In this document: piece after piece, positions 1 through 13,543 of the stretch
Layout of the letters: every line of letters starts with the position of its first letter
Numbering within the stretch: position 1 is the stretch's first letter
Assembly: GCA_000320545.1 (NCBI GenBank)
Contig: ADNK01001701.1
Location: 75,290 to 139,289, forward strand
Origin: Bigelowiella natans CCMP2755
Lineage: Eukaryota; Protista; Cercozoa
DNA: 64,000 bases
Direction: 5' to 3'
Notes under the pieces: model-generated
The model's input: the letters and a program-made list of their open reading frames with translations, nothing else
Told to the model about the DNA's origin: nothing
Databases searched by the model: none
Program-made: the position numbers and the translations under genes

Positions 1-77
1 AGAGATATTAGAATAGAAGTAAGGGCCATCAATTCACTTCGGATTTTAGTGTTTTTTTTTTTGGTTGAGATGCTTAC

Positions 78-573
78 TTGTTCCAACCATGAGCTTCAAT
101 CTCCAATTTTTAATGTTCGAGTACCAGGTTATACCCATTTTAGGAGCTGTGAATCATGAGTGATTAGTTTACATTGGCACAGTCTTACCTGTCATGAATA
201 CAATTGTATTACCTCCGTATTCCAGCAATGCATGCCCTGCCAAGAGTCCGACCGCTACTGTGGCTCCTAACCAAATTTGTCAAATTTCTTTCGATCAACT
301 TATTAGAGAGGTTGCAACTACCTGCCCGCGCTCCTGCATCACGTGCTGCGATCACCACCTTACTTCGCCTAACTCTGGTGAGAATGGAAGCGTGCAGATT
401 AGATGTAGAAAATAACACTAATGCTGGTTAGTTCTCGAGTTAGAAAACGTGAGCAAGTGGATGATCTCAAATATGTATTCCTATTCTATCAAATTTATCC
501 CAAAAGGCACGCGCATGAAGACAGACGGCTCGAGCTCCTACCTCTCAAAATCAGACACGTCGTCGTCGGCCAT
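78..573 (-). CDS. Small spliced hydrophobic protein, 3' part runs off the window
   Basis: ATG at 573; GT-AG splicing gives MADDDVSDFER|VRRSKVVIAARDAGARA|GATVAVGLLAGHALLEYG|APKMGITWYSNIKNWRLKLMVGT with consistent phases. No family recognised with confidence. Confidence 0.5.
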
Positions 574-983
574 TGCAAGACAAGTGGTTGATGTATGGCC
601 TCCTCCTGTAGTCGAAGTTGTATCATTGTTGGCTACTTGTTGTGGATAGAAATGCTTGTTTTTATAGGCAATATAACCTAAAATTATGCATCTTAGGCGA
701 TTATTATCCTTAAATCATGGTTTTAGATCTCAATTCCTCCCGAGAAGGCCTGTTTTTTGGTTAACCTTCCTTTCATTCCGTGACAACAAGTGCTTTACCG
801 GTAGGTAACAAATTGCTACAAATTAAAAAATTTACGGTTGGTTTAGTTGTCGCATGTGATTTTTACCACCCGTTTTCAGTTTTACCCTTTTCGTCTTTCG
901 GAAGCCGATTCCTTCACGTACTCCTTCCCCGCTTTCTGCATGCAGAGGGAGGAGAGCTAGCAAGCAGCTGTGATAGATACACA

Positions 984-3224
984 ATGTTGGATGCACGACA
1001 GATCTTATTGTTTACCTTGCTCTCGAGTTTGGAAGCCTATTTTGTTCATTGCTTCCTCGCTTCTCCAACTCCACGAAATGATGAGACCGGCACGGCGGCT
1101 TTTACGATATTAAGAAACTCACCTCTTATCGTCGCTGCTGCGCATCAGGTTAGAGTATTAGAATATTTGAACTTATAAATTGGTGGATTTGCTAATTCTT
1201 GACGTTTCTAGTCGTTAATGGGTAGTAGAAAGTAGCAGCTTCACATATATTATTGACAATGATACTTGTTAGCTCATGTGGCTTTTTGGATCGACCCTTG
1301 CATCACTCTGTTTGGGCCAGTGTACACAGTCATCAAGAAGCAAACAACGGCAGAAAATAACAGATTGTTCTTATCACCGACTCAATAAGCGAAGTCTTGG
1401 CTTTTTTGTCATAACCCATTCGCTTCACACGGCTGCTAAATTTTGCTCTTTAATGTATCTCTCACCGCTGGAATCTATTGCAGGGGAAGTATTCGTTACC
1501 CTTGCGAACATTCTCCTCTATCTCACACATAAAGTAAATAAGGGGCTTGGTAATAGCAATAAGAGGCGTCAAGTGACTGCTTCAATTCTGGGCTTTATGA
1601 CTATATGGGGTCTTGTGTTAACATTGTTGTCCTACATTTCTGTAGAAAAAGCCGAAGGGATTTTATACGCCGGGATATGTGGATTCATGTGGATGGCCAA
1701 GGCAGCAGTTGTTATTTTAGCCAATAATAATAATGAGCACCACCATCATCACCATCAAGATCATCGTAACCAAGAGAATAAGATACTAAGTGCAATGGTA
1801 CTACCAAATCCCAATCAAGCAACTACTTTGATGCCATCTCCACTTGTCTCTTGGACAATTTTGAGTCCTTACGCCTCCTTCAAAGATATTGTACACGTCA
1901 CATTACCAGCAAGCATACTTCTTTTCGTCGCAAGCTATCTGAGTGGAGAAGCAAAGAGAATCAGCGATATCGTCACAAACGCTGTTTTTGCAAGGAAATA
2001 CTTCATGCCTCTTGGGTTCTTAGCCTTTAGTGGATTCATATCATTTCTTTCGTATACTAGCTTGCGATATTTGAAGGAGCTTTCCCCCCCCTCCTCCTCC
2101 TCATCCACTCCCTCAACCACACATGTTCCTTCTCTAGCTAGGTTTGGAGGAAGCAAGATCTGCAATCTAATGGAAAACTCTCAGTATACGACAACGACAA
2201 CAACAACAACAACAAAGGTATAATGATAATATTAATAATAATGACTGTTGGGAGAAGGGAGGTACAGTGCACAAATTGTGACATACATTCGTATATTATA
2301 GCTCATACTGATCTACTAACACCTGTTTCTGACCTTTTCGAAAATAGGGGGAGGGGGTTGTAGCAGTCGTCGAGGCACTACGAGTGCCATCGGCTTTAAT
2401 CGTGCAGCTATTGCTATCAAGGAAACAACAGAAGCTCACTGTTATGGGGTTTCCATATTCAATATTGGTCAAAGGAATATTGATCTCGGCATGTACAGCT
2501 GCTCTTGCGTTTTTCGTAAACCACCTGCATTCCTCCCCCCCCAACCATAATCAACTGAGCGATCAGAATGAGAAGAGGATGATAGCGGCAAGTAGAGGGG
2601 GAAAGGACAAGTTGCATATTGAAGACGATGATGATGAAGAGGTGAAGGAGCAGGATGATGGTGATACGAAAGGCAAAGCGTGGATCATATCAGGGATTAA
2701 AGACAAGGGAGTCCACAGCAGGCAAGATAACCATCCACCCTGTTCCAGCAAGAAGAAGAAGAAGAAGAATAGGAAGAAGAAGGCGAAGAAAAACATCATA
2801 TCGACTCTAGTCTCGCATTTTTTATTCCCATTTATGATTATCATCGGGTTGTGTATGCTTCAGTTCTTAAGTGTTGATAAGCTTCCCCAAATCATCAAGA
2901 GTAGTAGGACTATGAGCTATGATCATGATGATGATGCACCAATACTCGCCGAAGGCAGCGCTGATACTATTAATTTTGGGGTTCTAAGTTTTGGTCGGAA
3001 CGTCTTGAATTATGCAAAGATTATGAGCGTTAAAGAGCATTGGATTGCTGAAGACATTCCTGAGTTCAATGCCAGAGTCGTGTTTGGAGCAGAAGGGGGC
3101 GGAGGAGGAGGAGGAAGGGGGGGGGGGACAAAAACGTCATCCATGGATAAAGCAACGAAAAGGAGGACGTTAATGATGGCAGCACCTGATGCTAATTTTA
3201 GCTACTACAGATCTTATTCCTTCC

Positions 3225-3261
<37 letters not shown>

Positions 3262-5385
3262 TACCCATCTCAACAACACAACATCTGCTACTGCGACTTC
3301 TTCGCCTCTTTGTAAGCAGATGCAAGATCACGGACAGCCCTTCTCTGAGCAAGTGAGGCATTTGTTGCGTAGTAGCGAGAAGGAATGGATTGGAAGCCAG
3401 CGATATTTGAATTATTCACGGTACAAATGGACTCCAAAGCATGCGATGTGGTATGTCTCCCGCCTCAATATCGATGCCGATACGCAGGATCACATGAGTC
3501 CAAGAGGCCATATTTGCGGAATTCGTAAGGTCAGGCAGCTGCTTCTACCAAATGCTGGAAATACAGCTTTAAGAATGTTAGTTGGAAGAGGAGGAAGAGT
3601 GCTTACAGCTGATCCATCCGCCCCCCCCAATTCTGTTGCTATTCTCTTGCAAATGGACGTTGAGAAGCAAGTGTCGCACGAAATAAGGGAGGGAACACTG
3701 ATGTGCCAATATCTCTTTGCTTCCTATATTGCAAGGAAAAGCGTAGCACTAAACAATGAGGAAGGAGGGGGCAAGAGAAGAGGACATCCCTTAGCACCAT
3801 CAATAACCTGGCTAGTTCATACACCTCCAAAGCCAAGAAACCTTGAGAGTAAAGTTGTGCCTAGATACTTCCGCAATTGGAAAATTGACGTCCTCAAGGC
3901 TCTTGGGGGTCGGGTCATCGAGCTTGATAACCCTCCGATATACGACAAAAGTAACGACAACAACAACAACAACGACAACTTTAGCACCACCAGCCTGTCC
4001 GTAGAAGGAGGAGAAGGAGGGGAAGGAGGAAGAGGAAAAGCAGAGAATAGCAGTAATAATGGTAAGGAGGCAGCAGGTCAAGATCAAAACGTTCTTCTCA
4101 TCTTCCGAAGCCTATACACGACACCTTGGGAGGGGAAGATTCCACACGTATTGCTTCTTTGTTTGATCTTCGTTGGTGCTGTTATTGTTTTTCTGCTGTC
4201 ATCGTTGACTGAGATGATGTAAGTGACATTGTTGTTGAATATTTTAAAAAGAATTTATAAAAGCAACACGTGCAAATGGTCTCACTACTGCCAATCCTGC
4301 TCATATGTCGTTATTCATTACGTATATATTAACATCATTCAGGTTGTAGATGATGAGAATGGAGGTCGCTTTGATAAAATACCTCACTGCGGAGGAGGCT
4401 ATCGATTGTCATGGACGGCGTCTTCTTGCTCAATGGACTTGAACTATATAGAAGTTGATCGCGCTCCTTTACCGATGTACACTGACTTTGCAGCATCTAT
4501 CCGTAATGCGGTTATGGCTGCTAGAAGGGTGATGAATCACCAGCCAAAAGTCATATTTTTCCAGCGATCAATGAACCGAAGAATCGTTGATGTTGCTACA
4601 TTAGACGCATACCCCATCGTCAATGCTTTATGTAATAAAAACCTTCCTGTGGAAGTTACTGAGTTTAATGCAAGAACAAAAATACCGTTCCAGGATCAGG
4701 TGACGACAATGATGATGATTTATTAATCTTACCAACATTTTGTACCAGCAGCTGCTGCAGCAGTAGTAGCAGAAGGAGTACTACTACTACTACTACTACT
4801 ACTAGTAGTAGTAGTAGTAGTAGTAGTATGCAGTTATAATCGACAGTAGAAGCGTCAGCATGTACGTCCTTTTGTTTTCCATATTATGATTCTCTCATCG
4901 ATTTATTACTGCAAGTAGTAGATAGTTGTGCCCGTAATAAGCGCGACTTTGGAACCATTCATCAGGTAAGATTGATGGCTCAAGCGACAGTGATGCTGAC
5001 ATCTCATGGAACAAACATGTATAATGCCATGTGGATGTACCCTGGTTCTATTCTGATCGAAGTGACTCTACGACCGGGTAGCTGCTGTGCAGATAATAGA
5101 GAGGATGCAGCCAAGTACACCTTTCATCGCACGAAGAACCCTGACCCACCACTATGTTTTCCTGATTGTTCCCCCTACTACTTAAGTACTCCTATAAACT
5201 ATATCTCTTCCTTCGGAATACGATGGAGGTATTATGACCCTGAATATACCGACCAATCGGAAGGTAGGATAGATCAGAGGGGTGCGCACAAATTGTATGT
5301 AATTGGTGAGCACCTCGCTGGAATCGTCGAGGCAGCGCATCAAGATGTCTTATCGCTCCGCCGAAGTCATAAGCCACGTTTGTGA
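984..5385 (+). CDS. Multi-pass DMT/nucleotide-sugar-transporter-like N-terminus fused to a C-terminal glycosyltransferase family 61-like domain
   Basis: Phase-0 introns 1149-1272 and 2218-2347 join ORFs 780/1276/2384. About 9-10 hydrophobic segments occur in the first ~450 aa. Last exons read FQDQ|VRLMAQATVMLTSHGTNMYNAMWMYPGSILIEV, matching the GT61 'HGA..N..FM..GS..IE' signature. The junction near 4150-4343 is uncertain. Confidence 0.65.
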
Positions 5386-5449
5386 TATAATACCTAAAGG
5401 CAGTAAAATTTCGATTTGAGTGCATACAGTATTCGTTCAACATGCGGTC

Positions 5450-6620
5450 GAGTAATCCGCGATGTACGTCGCAAAAGCTACCTAAAAAAGATGCTATGTG
5501 TAGGATCATGTGCTGCCATGCACACACAACCGTACACAAAACCGCATGCATGCCACACAATCACCGCATACTGTGCATGCATGCATGCGTCTAGACATGT
5601 GTAATGTGCACTAACTGTCACAAGTATCCCCCAAGCTAGCAAGTAACACGTCTAATACGATGTAGACCTAGAGACGTGCGCTTGCTTGCATGTACATGTG
5701 CATACACACACATGATGGCTTGTTAAATGATACTAGATTGATGATTGAATGCGCTATCTAGTCATGTTGATTGGCTTCACACCGCAATATACTCGTCGCG
5801 AAAAATGGACAAAAAATTGTCTAGATTGTTGCGCGCATGCATGCACCACTGGACTAGCTAGCAGGTGTGTCACACTGGCATGCGAGCGTCACATCCAGAT
5901 AAGGACACACTGCTAAACGATCGCGTAGCACACAGGCTGTCGTTCTAGCGTTGGTGAGGATGCGATCACGAATCACGAAAACAACAGTCTGTGTCCATTC
6001 ATGCAGGTAGCCAGCAAACTGTGCCGCTTGTGCATGTCCAAATGAATGCAGCTAGGCATGCATGTGTGATCGAACATGCATGCAACGCTCAAATCTGTGG
6101 ATTTCACTAGTTTGCATGTGGGGTTGCATCGAACGGCTCTGCCGAGCACCAGAGCACGTGAGGCACACTGGCGCAAAATGGCGCAGCTGCACACAGCTAT
6201 AATGGGCAGGCTAGCAGGGGCACAGGTGATTGTCATGCTGCATCGCATCCCATGGGCATCCACAGCGCTGCAACGCACCAGCTAGCGCATTAGAACTCAT
6301 TGTATGTATCCCTAGCTCGAGTTCCAATTGCATAGCGTCCAGCATGTCATTCGTTCGTTGCTTATTTCTGGCTGCAGTACGTTTTGTGGCATGTCGTGAG
6401 TGTAGCACATGTTGTACCCATCAATGCGCTAAACTAGCTGAGCTAGAGTCCCTACGAAATTTCGAGTTAAATTGGACGTAGGTCAAGAGACTTGTCAGTT
6501 CATGTGATGCATGCACCATGCACCATACATTTCTCGTTGTGTTTGTACTGCTGTGCCCTCGAACTACTTATTTCGCACTGCTTCAATTGTACTACAGCAT
6601 CCACGGATTGTTGGATTGTT
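5450..6620. other. TpA-depleted, CTAG-rich tail-to-tail spacer
   Basis: In the core (5800-6290) most remaining TA lies in CTAG/NTAG/CTAN; tgca/catg/cacac tracts are abundant. Confidence 0.75.
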
Positions 6621-6871
6621 ATTGCTGTAACACTAACTATGCTTCATCGGTACTCTACGTTCTACTTCATCTTGTGTGTGTAGAATAATATCCGAATGAT
6701 AGTATTTCATTTTGTCGAATCAAATGATAGAAATTCGAAAAAAACATACCAATAATAATTACACGGCGAAAGGAATATATTGATGTTCACGTGATATGAC
6801 AGCAAAAACAACAACGCTTCAAGGATATAAGACTCGGCTAGAAAACCGTTGTGTGTGTGTGTGTGTGTGTG

Positions 6872-6903
<32 letters not shown>

Positions 6904-7148
6904 CGCTCCAATACTATCTTGAGTTCATCGTAAGGTTGCCAGGCAAGAGTTAGCGGATATTAAGTAATAAAAACGTCAAATAAAAGATCACTCGTTCCTT
7001 CTAATCTTTACATGTTACATCATCATTTATGATTTAGCCACTACTGCCATTATGCGTCCATCTCTTCGGCCATTCGCGAAAAAGCAGATGGATTTCCAGA
7101 TTTAAGTTTTTGTCTACCTCCCTTCAGATAGATTGCGTAAAAAATGTC

Positions 7149-8554
7149 TTATTCATGCAGTTGATGGTGATCACAAGGATGATGAATCTGCTCATCAGCA
7201 TCCTCAGGGTTCAGAAGAGTTTCAGCTTCGTCGGCGGAGGAGTATTCAGCTTCATATTCCTCCTCGTGTTCATCATTTTCATCATCGTCGCATATCTTGT
7301 CAGGTAACAAAGTACTCTGGGAAGATTTATCAGCAGGTACTTTCCCAGCCTCCTCCTCCGCACAGAGTATTGCAGTTATGTTTTCACTCTCAACGTCCGT
7401 TTGGGATCCAAGAGCATGACACTTACTACTAACATCGCCTTTATTACTGTCTTCGGGAGCATTCGATGCCTTATTTCCTTTCTTCCTCTTCCAAGCAGTC
7501 AAAGAGGTTCTCAGCTCTGTGTCCAGCATATCTGTAAAAGTAGGACATCAAGGGGCTGGATTAGATTTGCTCTCGACGCGGAGTTAGTTAGTTACAAGTA
7601 GAAAACAAAGTTGCTACTACTTACGAACACAAAATGGATAACAGCGATGACATTTTTCTGTTCCTCATCAACACACATCTTTATACGAGTATCAGAATTT
7701 GTTTTTCTCGAGCTGCAGCCCAGCTATTGTTAGTTTTGTACAGGGTAGCTTGCTTTTTAATGTTATCCTTACGTTTCCTGCAGGCAACTTGCTCATAAAG
7801 TGCTTTCGCTACAGCCACCAATCCAAGGGTAAAGGAGAAAACAATTACTGTTACTGTCTTACGCCCGACCGACCACTGTATTGATATCATTTCAAAAATA
7901 AAGATGGTAAACATGAGTATTGTCATGTACAGGCAGCCCATATCTCTTAAGACAGAAATAATGGGAATTCTGCAACACAGCCCATTCTCATCATCATATT
8001 GGGGGGGGGGTTCAGCTGCTGCTTCGACTTTATTCAAATTGGCGTAACCTGCCTCTCTATCGTCTTCCGACGACTACTCACAACGTAGCGTCATTAATTA
8101 TCCTATGCTACACCAGATACTCGCTATAAAACCCCTAAATTAAGTGTGAAGAAGGAGGGAGGTAAGATCATACCTCAAATAGACTCTGAAGAACAGATTG
8201 ACTTTTTCCGCCAAGCAGCGATTGCAAGTTGCTCTGGATAAAACCATGGAAACTATAGATGGATTCGTAGATTGTTCTATAATGATTTTGATCATTCTTG
8301 AGTGTTATCCCATCATCGATCGTTTCTGGGAGGCCAGATAGCTTATGAATTTCATTTTGGATGAGCGTGGTATTAGGGCTGAAGGCTATGAAGGCAGTAG
8401 CGTTACTGCTAAAACTTGGCAGATCTGAGAGCTCATTCAGTGGCTCCTGCCTTAATCCGAATTTAGCATCCGAAAGGGATTCACAGAGAAATATTTTGGA
8501 AACAGCGATGATGGCACAACAGAGTGCCCCTGTGCCTAGTCGAGGGGTCGCCAT
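7149..8554 (-). CDS. Hypothetical spliced membrane protein (signal peptide, two hydrophobic segments, acidic C-terminal region)
   Basis: ORF 8168-8554 (MATPRLGTGALCCAIIAVS...) splices in phase (GAG|GT ... AG|TCG TCG GAA GAC) to ORF 7681-8037. The link to 7149-7529 is uncertain. Confidence 0.5.
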
Positions 8555-8826
8555 AGTCTAGATCATAAAGCCAGTGTGTAGATCTACGGTCGGTGAAATG
8601 TGTGTCTCAACTTCACTGATCCTGTTACTTAGATCATTAAGGCTAAATGTTGTTGACGTAGATCTAAAATGCCTTGTATTTACTACAGAAAGTAATGCTG
8701 TACCGCATATACCCCTTAAAACCTGAAATAAGCAGTCGACGATTTGCTACCAACGACCGACTTTTAGAATACATTTTATCGGGCATTATTTTCTCGAGCA
8801 CATGTGTCTTGTGCGATAACTACGAC

Positions 8827-9438
8827 ATGGAAAGTTCGGTCAAGCCCAAAAAAGTAGCATGCTTTCGTCATCATACGACAAATATATTCGATGGTCAATC
8901 AAACAGTAGGCATTTCTTATTGTACGACAACACAAAACTGCCCATACTTTTAGAAACTTCTCAACTAAAATTCATTCCTGGAGCATCAAGCACAATGCGT
9001 GCCCACCTCCATCGGTTGGAGAATTCACAGTAGTTAGATGAAGTACGGTGTGGTCCTACTCATATTAGTTGCAACTTACTGCTGTCCTTCTTCGTGCCAG
9101 GTTTTCCCTCCCCTTTTTACTTCAATGTTATTAATGGCTCTGATCCATTTACTACTACTACCGACAATTATCCCTGATTCTCGTGTGGTGTCCATTCCAT
9201 CCACTATTTCTAGCAGCAACCCTATCATCATTGTCATGATCCTACTGTCTCCTATTCCTCGAAGTTCAAAATAGAAGGGGATTCAAACTTCCAACAGGTC
9301 TTCGTTACACCATCATTCAAGAGTAGTAGTACTACATTGATTCCTAATAGCTCTTGCTTCGTAAGTAGCACACGAGCTATTGATTTGCATGCTAATACAT
9401 CTTGCTTCGTAATTAATAGCACACGAGCTGTCGATACC

Positions 9439-9494
<56 letters not shown>

Positions 9495-10567
9495 CACCGC
9501 TTCAATGGTCCACTCCGTATTTTATGTGTGCGAACAGCGAACACTGAGTGCTTATAATAAAAAATTGGCACGAATATTCTCGGCAAGAGCGCTATATCTT
9601 GATTATTATAGATAGTGTTGCGGTGTTTGTTATATGAGAGCGTGCTTGCGGGGGGCGGGGTTGCTTTGAGGCAGCACCGGAAAAAGGGACGATAAATACA
9701 CCATGACTCATTGCTTCTACCTCCCGCTACAAATGAATTATTCCAACGATACCATCGATATTGAGGAAAACCGAATGCACACGGCAGTATTGCATTGTGA
9801 GATAATATTATCCACACACCATTTCCAGATTCCTGTTTTCATTGCCACATTATCTATATTTGTGTACACATTTCTCTGCCTTTTCTCTTTCATATTGTTC
9901 TCATCATGCAGAAAAAATACTTGAAAGCAGCAGTTTCGTACACCAGAGCATTGGAGCAGAGTAGGCATAATAACCTCACGATTAGAAGTAACAGGGTTAT
10001 GGCCTTGATGAAAGCAGGACTCTTTAGCAAAGCATTGCAGGACTGCGACATCATCCTGCACGACCATCCGGACCATTTTAAGACGTAATATGTAAGAGAG
10101 TATACACCATCCTGCACAACCATCCAGACCATATAAAGACATAATATGTAAGAATCTATGCTTCTTGAGTCTGTGTCCATTAACTGATGATTTCGAATTA
10201 CCTTCATCAACTCAACATGTTGATATTTTTCGGATATAAAGTCGTAATTTTTTGAATCATCATCATCATCATCGTCGTCGTCGTCAGCTTGGCACTATGT
10301 ATTTAGGCTTTATAGAAAGGGGTCTATGCTGAAGGCTGTCGCAGATGTAAATCTTGATAAAGAGAGAGAGGGGAAAGATCTTATGACCAAGGCGTATCAA
10401 GCTTTGAAGAAGGTAATCATAACTTACGTTAGATGTTCTAGATGTTCTACTAACACCTCGACTGCACAATATTTGCACATACATAGATCACTAACACCTC
10501 GACCGCACAATAATTGCACATACATAGATCAATTAAGAACATGGAGAATATACTCTTTTTCTCTTTC

Positions 10568-10610
<43 letters not shown>

Positions 10611-11573
10611 AGTATATGTATAAATGTATCACATCCGAGTATCATATTTAGTGCTTGTAATAATGCCAATTTTCGGTTGCATAATCATGATTCTTCTGCC
10701 TCCCTCCCCCCCTCGCAATATTGTACATATGTACGTACATAGGCTCTTTCTATGTGTCCTTCATCATTTGAGGTCGGAAAGCTACTACAGGATGTACATG
10801 ATGCATTGGTGCCGCCAAAGCATATGCAGGGGTTTCTTGTTTCAAACGAAGGGACTCTTTCTAACTCTAATCTAGAGGTTGTGGCGAGGGAGAATGCTAC
10901 TACAAATACATTATCAGCATCAGCAGCATCTTTGGAAAATCGTAGCAACGACGACAATAATCTATCGAGCTATTCACCGATGTCGTCTTCTAAGAGGACA
11001 ACGACGAGTAAAAGGACGGGTGTCAATGATAAGACCACGATGCCATCAAGGCCGCAACAACCTCCTCTCTCTTCCCTCCCGTCGCTGCGGCATGAGTCCA
11101 ATTTGCCTGAGGTAGTAGTAGCGCGATGAGTTTCGAACGCATGTTAGAACATGTTGTCCATAGTCCGTAATGTAATGCTCATTGGCTAGAGCGGCTACTT
11201 GTCCTTCTCCATCATCATCATTATCATCATCATCATCATGATTATCCATCCATCCGTTCCCTCACTATTTTCCTTGTCAGTACCTACATCGCATGATCTT
11301 AACTGCGGCACGACTGCTACGCACCAATGGAACAAACATCACTCCGCAATATTGGATGTTCCATCCACAAGATAGTACTGGTCCTCTTAAAGAATGCGAT
11401 TTCTCGACAGGTATTTGTATTTGTGTTTGTGTTTGATGTGTGGTAGCTTTGCTTAACGTAGGATACATGTGACAAAGTAGTGGTATAAAAAAAAAGAAGA
11501 AATAGGCCTTAAGAGGCTGATTAACATAAATCAGTAATGAAAGCTTGTTCAAACGATGATCGATTAGATACTG

Positions 11574-11608
<35 letters not shown>

Positions 11609-12220
11609 GCAAGTGGTACTGCTACTTTATTATTGCGGTTCTACACCGTCTGTCATTATCAACAACCAATCAATGTTTTCTTTGTTTATTAGTTTTATCA
11701 GCTTGACCTTGACAACAGCATGCAACACACAAATGACAAAACACAAAGAAAACTTTTGTTTCACATTATAACTTATATCAATACTGCTGCTACTACTACT
11801 ACTACTACTGCTGCTACCCTGACCCACGATTCCCTTGAAAACCATAACCCAGTGCAAATCCCAGACGCATTCCGAAGTGCAGAGACGGTGTCGCAATGTT
11901 CGCGTACACTTGCTGACGTCGTGAGACGTAGAGGCGTAGTTGCAGCTTGCACGGTAGTCCCCCGCAGTCAAATACATTTCCCTACATCCTGGCAGGACGC
12001 TTCGAATAACATCAATTTTGATGGGATTGTATTTCAAGTTGAGCAAAGATACGGTAAGCGTGTCATCTTCTTGCCGCATCTTCCACCTGGCACCACGCTG
12101 TTCAACAATACTGAAGAGATGGCTAACGGGCAGGAGGAGGGCCAGCAGGAAGAGATTACTGATGCATTAGAGATGGATGAGGAAGAATATGCCCTCCACT
12201 CTGTTTGGGATCTACTTTGA
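8827..12220 (+). CDS. TPR-repeat protein
   Basis: KYLKAAVSYTRALE...IRSNRVMALMKAGLFSKALQDCDIILHDHPDHFKT|LYRKG...AYQALKK|ALSMCPSS is a TPR consensus. Final exon stops at 12220; start codon uncertain. Confidence 0.7.
9442..9491. repeat. Intact (TA)n microsatellite, representative of many intronic (TA)n, (GT)n, (GA)n, (TAG)n and (GAT)n tracts
   Basis: Direct reading; similar (TA)n runs near 6876, 38160, 40650, 42145, 42645, 43121, 48940 and 63370. Confidence 0.95.
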
Positions 12221-13028
12221 TTTACATATGAGTAGAGCAAGTTAGATAACCAGTGCATTTGTTTGATGATGCCTCGCTACTTCGTCGAAACATCCATACC
12301 TAAACATGCTGTCATGTTGCACATTGCATGGCGTCAGCGTGTGAAATGTTGTGCTTGCTAGCTTGTGTGTTGTGCCGCCACTAGGATCAACGGATTAATA
12401 AGTCAAACATGCGCACGCTAGCGTACACAATCTTCACCACAATCAATCACATTGACATGATGACTCACAACTATACTGACTAAATGACCATTTCCACATT
12501 CGTGCGTGCGTGTCCGTCTCTAGCTCTAGAGCTAGCAAGACGTGCATGCGGACATCGATGACAATCTAGAAGTGTTCAGCTTCATTGCATGTGCCAAAAC
12601 AACCACTGTGGCTGTGGCATGCATGCGCAGTGTGGCAGTCATGGATGTTTGCCTTGCTCGTTGACTTGACAATCTAGCAGTGCTGCTAGCAATGCCAATC
12701 ATCAGGGCTCTGGGCTAGCCATGGGGCTCGCTAGCTAGCTAGCTTGCTGCAGGCCCACTAGCCCAGCTCTTGAGAGAGCCAGAGGCGCGCTAGCACGGCA
12801 GCGCTGGGCCTTTGCTTGCTGGCATTGGTGCGAATGGTTTTTGCCAATGACTTGAATGATCTGGTTGATGACTAGATGATGTCAGCTAGTCAGCGTCGCA
12901 ACCTGACAATTGACGATGCCCATTTGCTGGAGGGCTCTTGATTTTTCCAGACAATGATGGACTTCCAGACTGGAGCTGGGCACAAATGATTTTTTTCATT
13001 GTTTGGAAACATTTTCATTTTTTCTGAA

Positions 13029-13051
13029 CAAGCACTTGATTTGAACAAGTG
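13029..13051 (+). repeat. hAT subterminal repeat CAAGCACTTGATTTGAACAAGTG (second copy 16399-16421)
   Basis: Identical 23-mer near both element ends, with related TTGTTCAAGTG motifs; fits subterminal transposase-binding repeats. Confidence 0.75.
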
Positions 13052-13543
13052 ATGCCCTCACTCATGTCGCGAAACTGGCACTTGGTTTGTTCAAGTGATG
13101 TCAGAACAAGAAAAAGTGTTTGCAAACACGTTTGCAAACATTTTCCTGTGAAAATTGTTTGCAAACAATTGCGAAACGTTCCCGCGCAGCTCTGGAGCTG
13201 CGCGCAAAGGCACGACGTGACAGACCAAGTCACAATGTGTGCAAGTGCAACGTGTGACAAAGGAAACAAACAATCGTGCAGACACAACTTCACAACTCAC
13301 CATGGATTGTGGACACAGTTGTGGACATTGCACGCACATGGATGCAGCATTGCAACAGCATGCATGCTCAGTGCTCAGCACTCAGCCCCACAGACTCAGA
13401 AACTGTTTTTCTCCACTTTTGAACCTCCAGCTGTGTCTTTCTCTTGTTTGAGAACTTTCCAAAGTCTGTCCAACTTTGACGATTTGTTGAGCATCGCATC
13501 AATGCTTCAACTTTGTCTGTCGACAATGCACTTCGACACGCTG

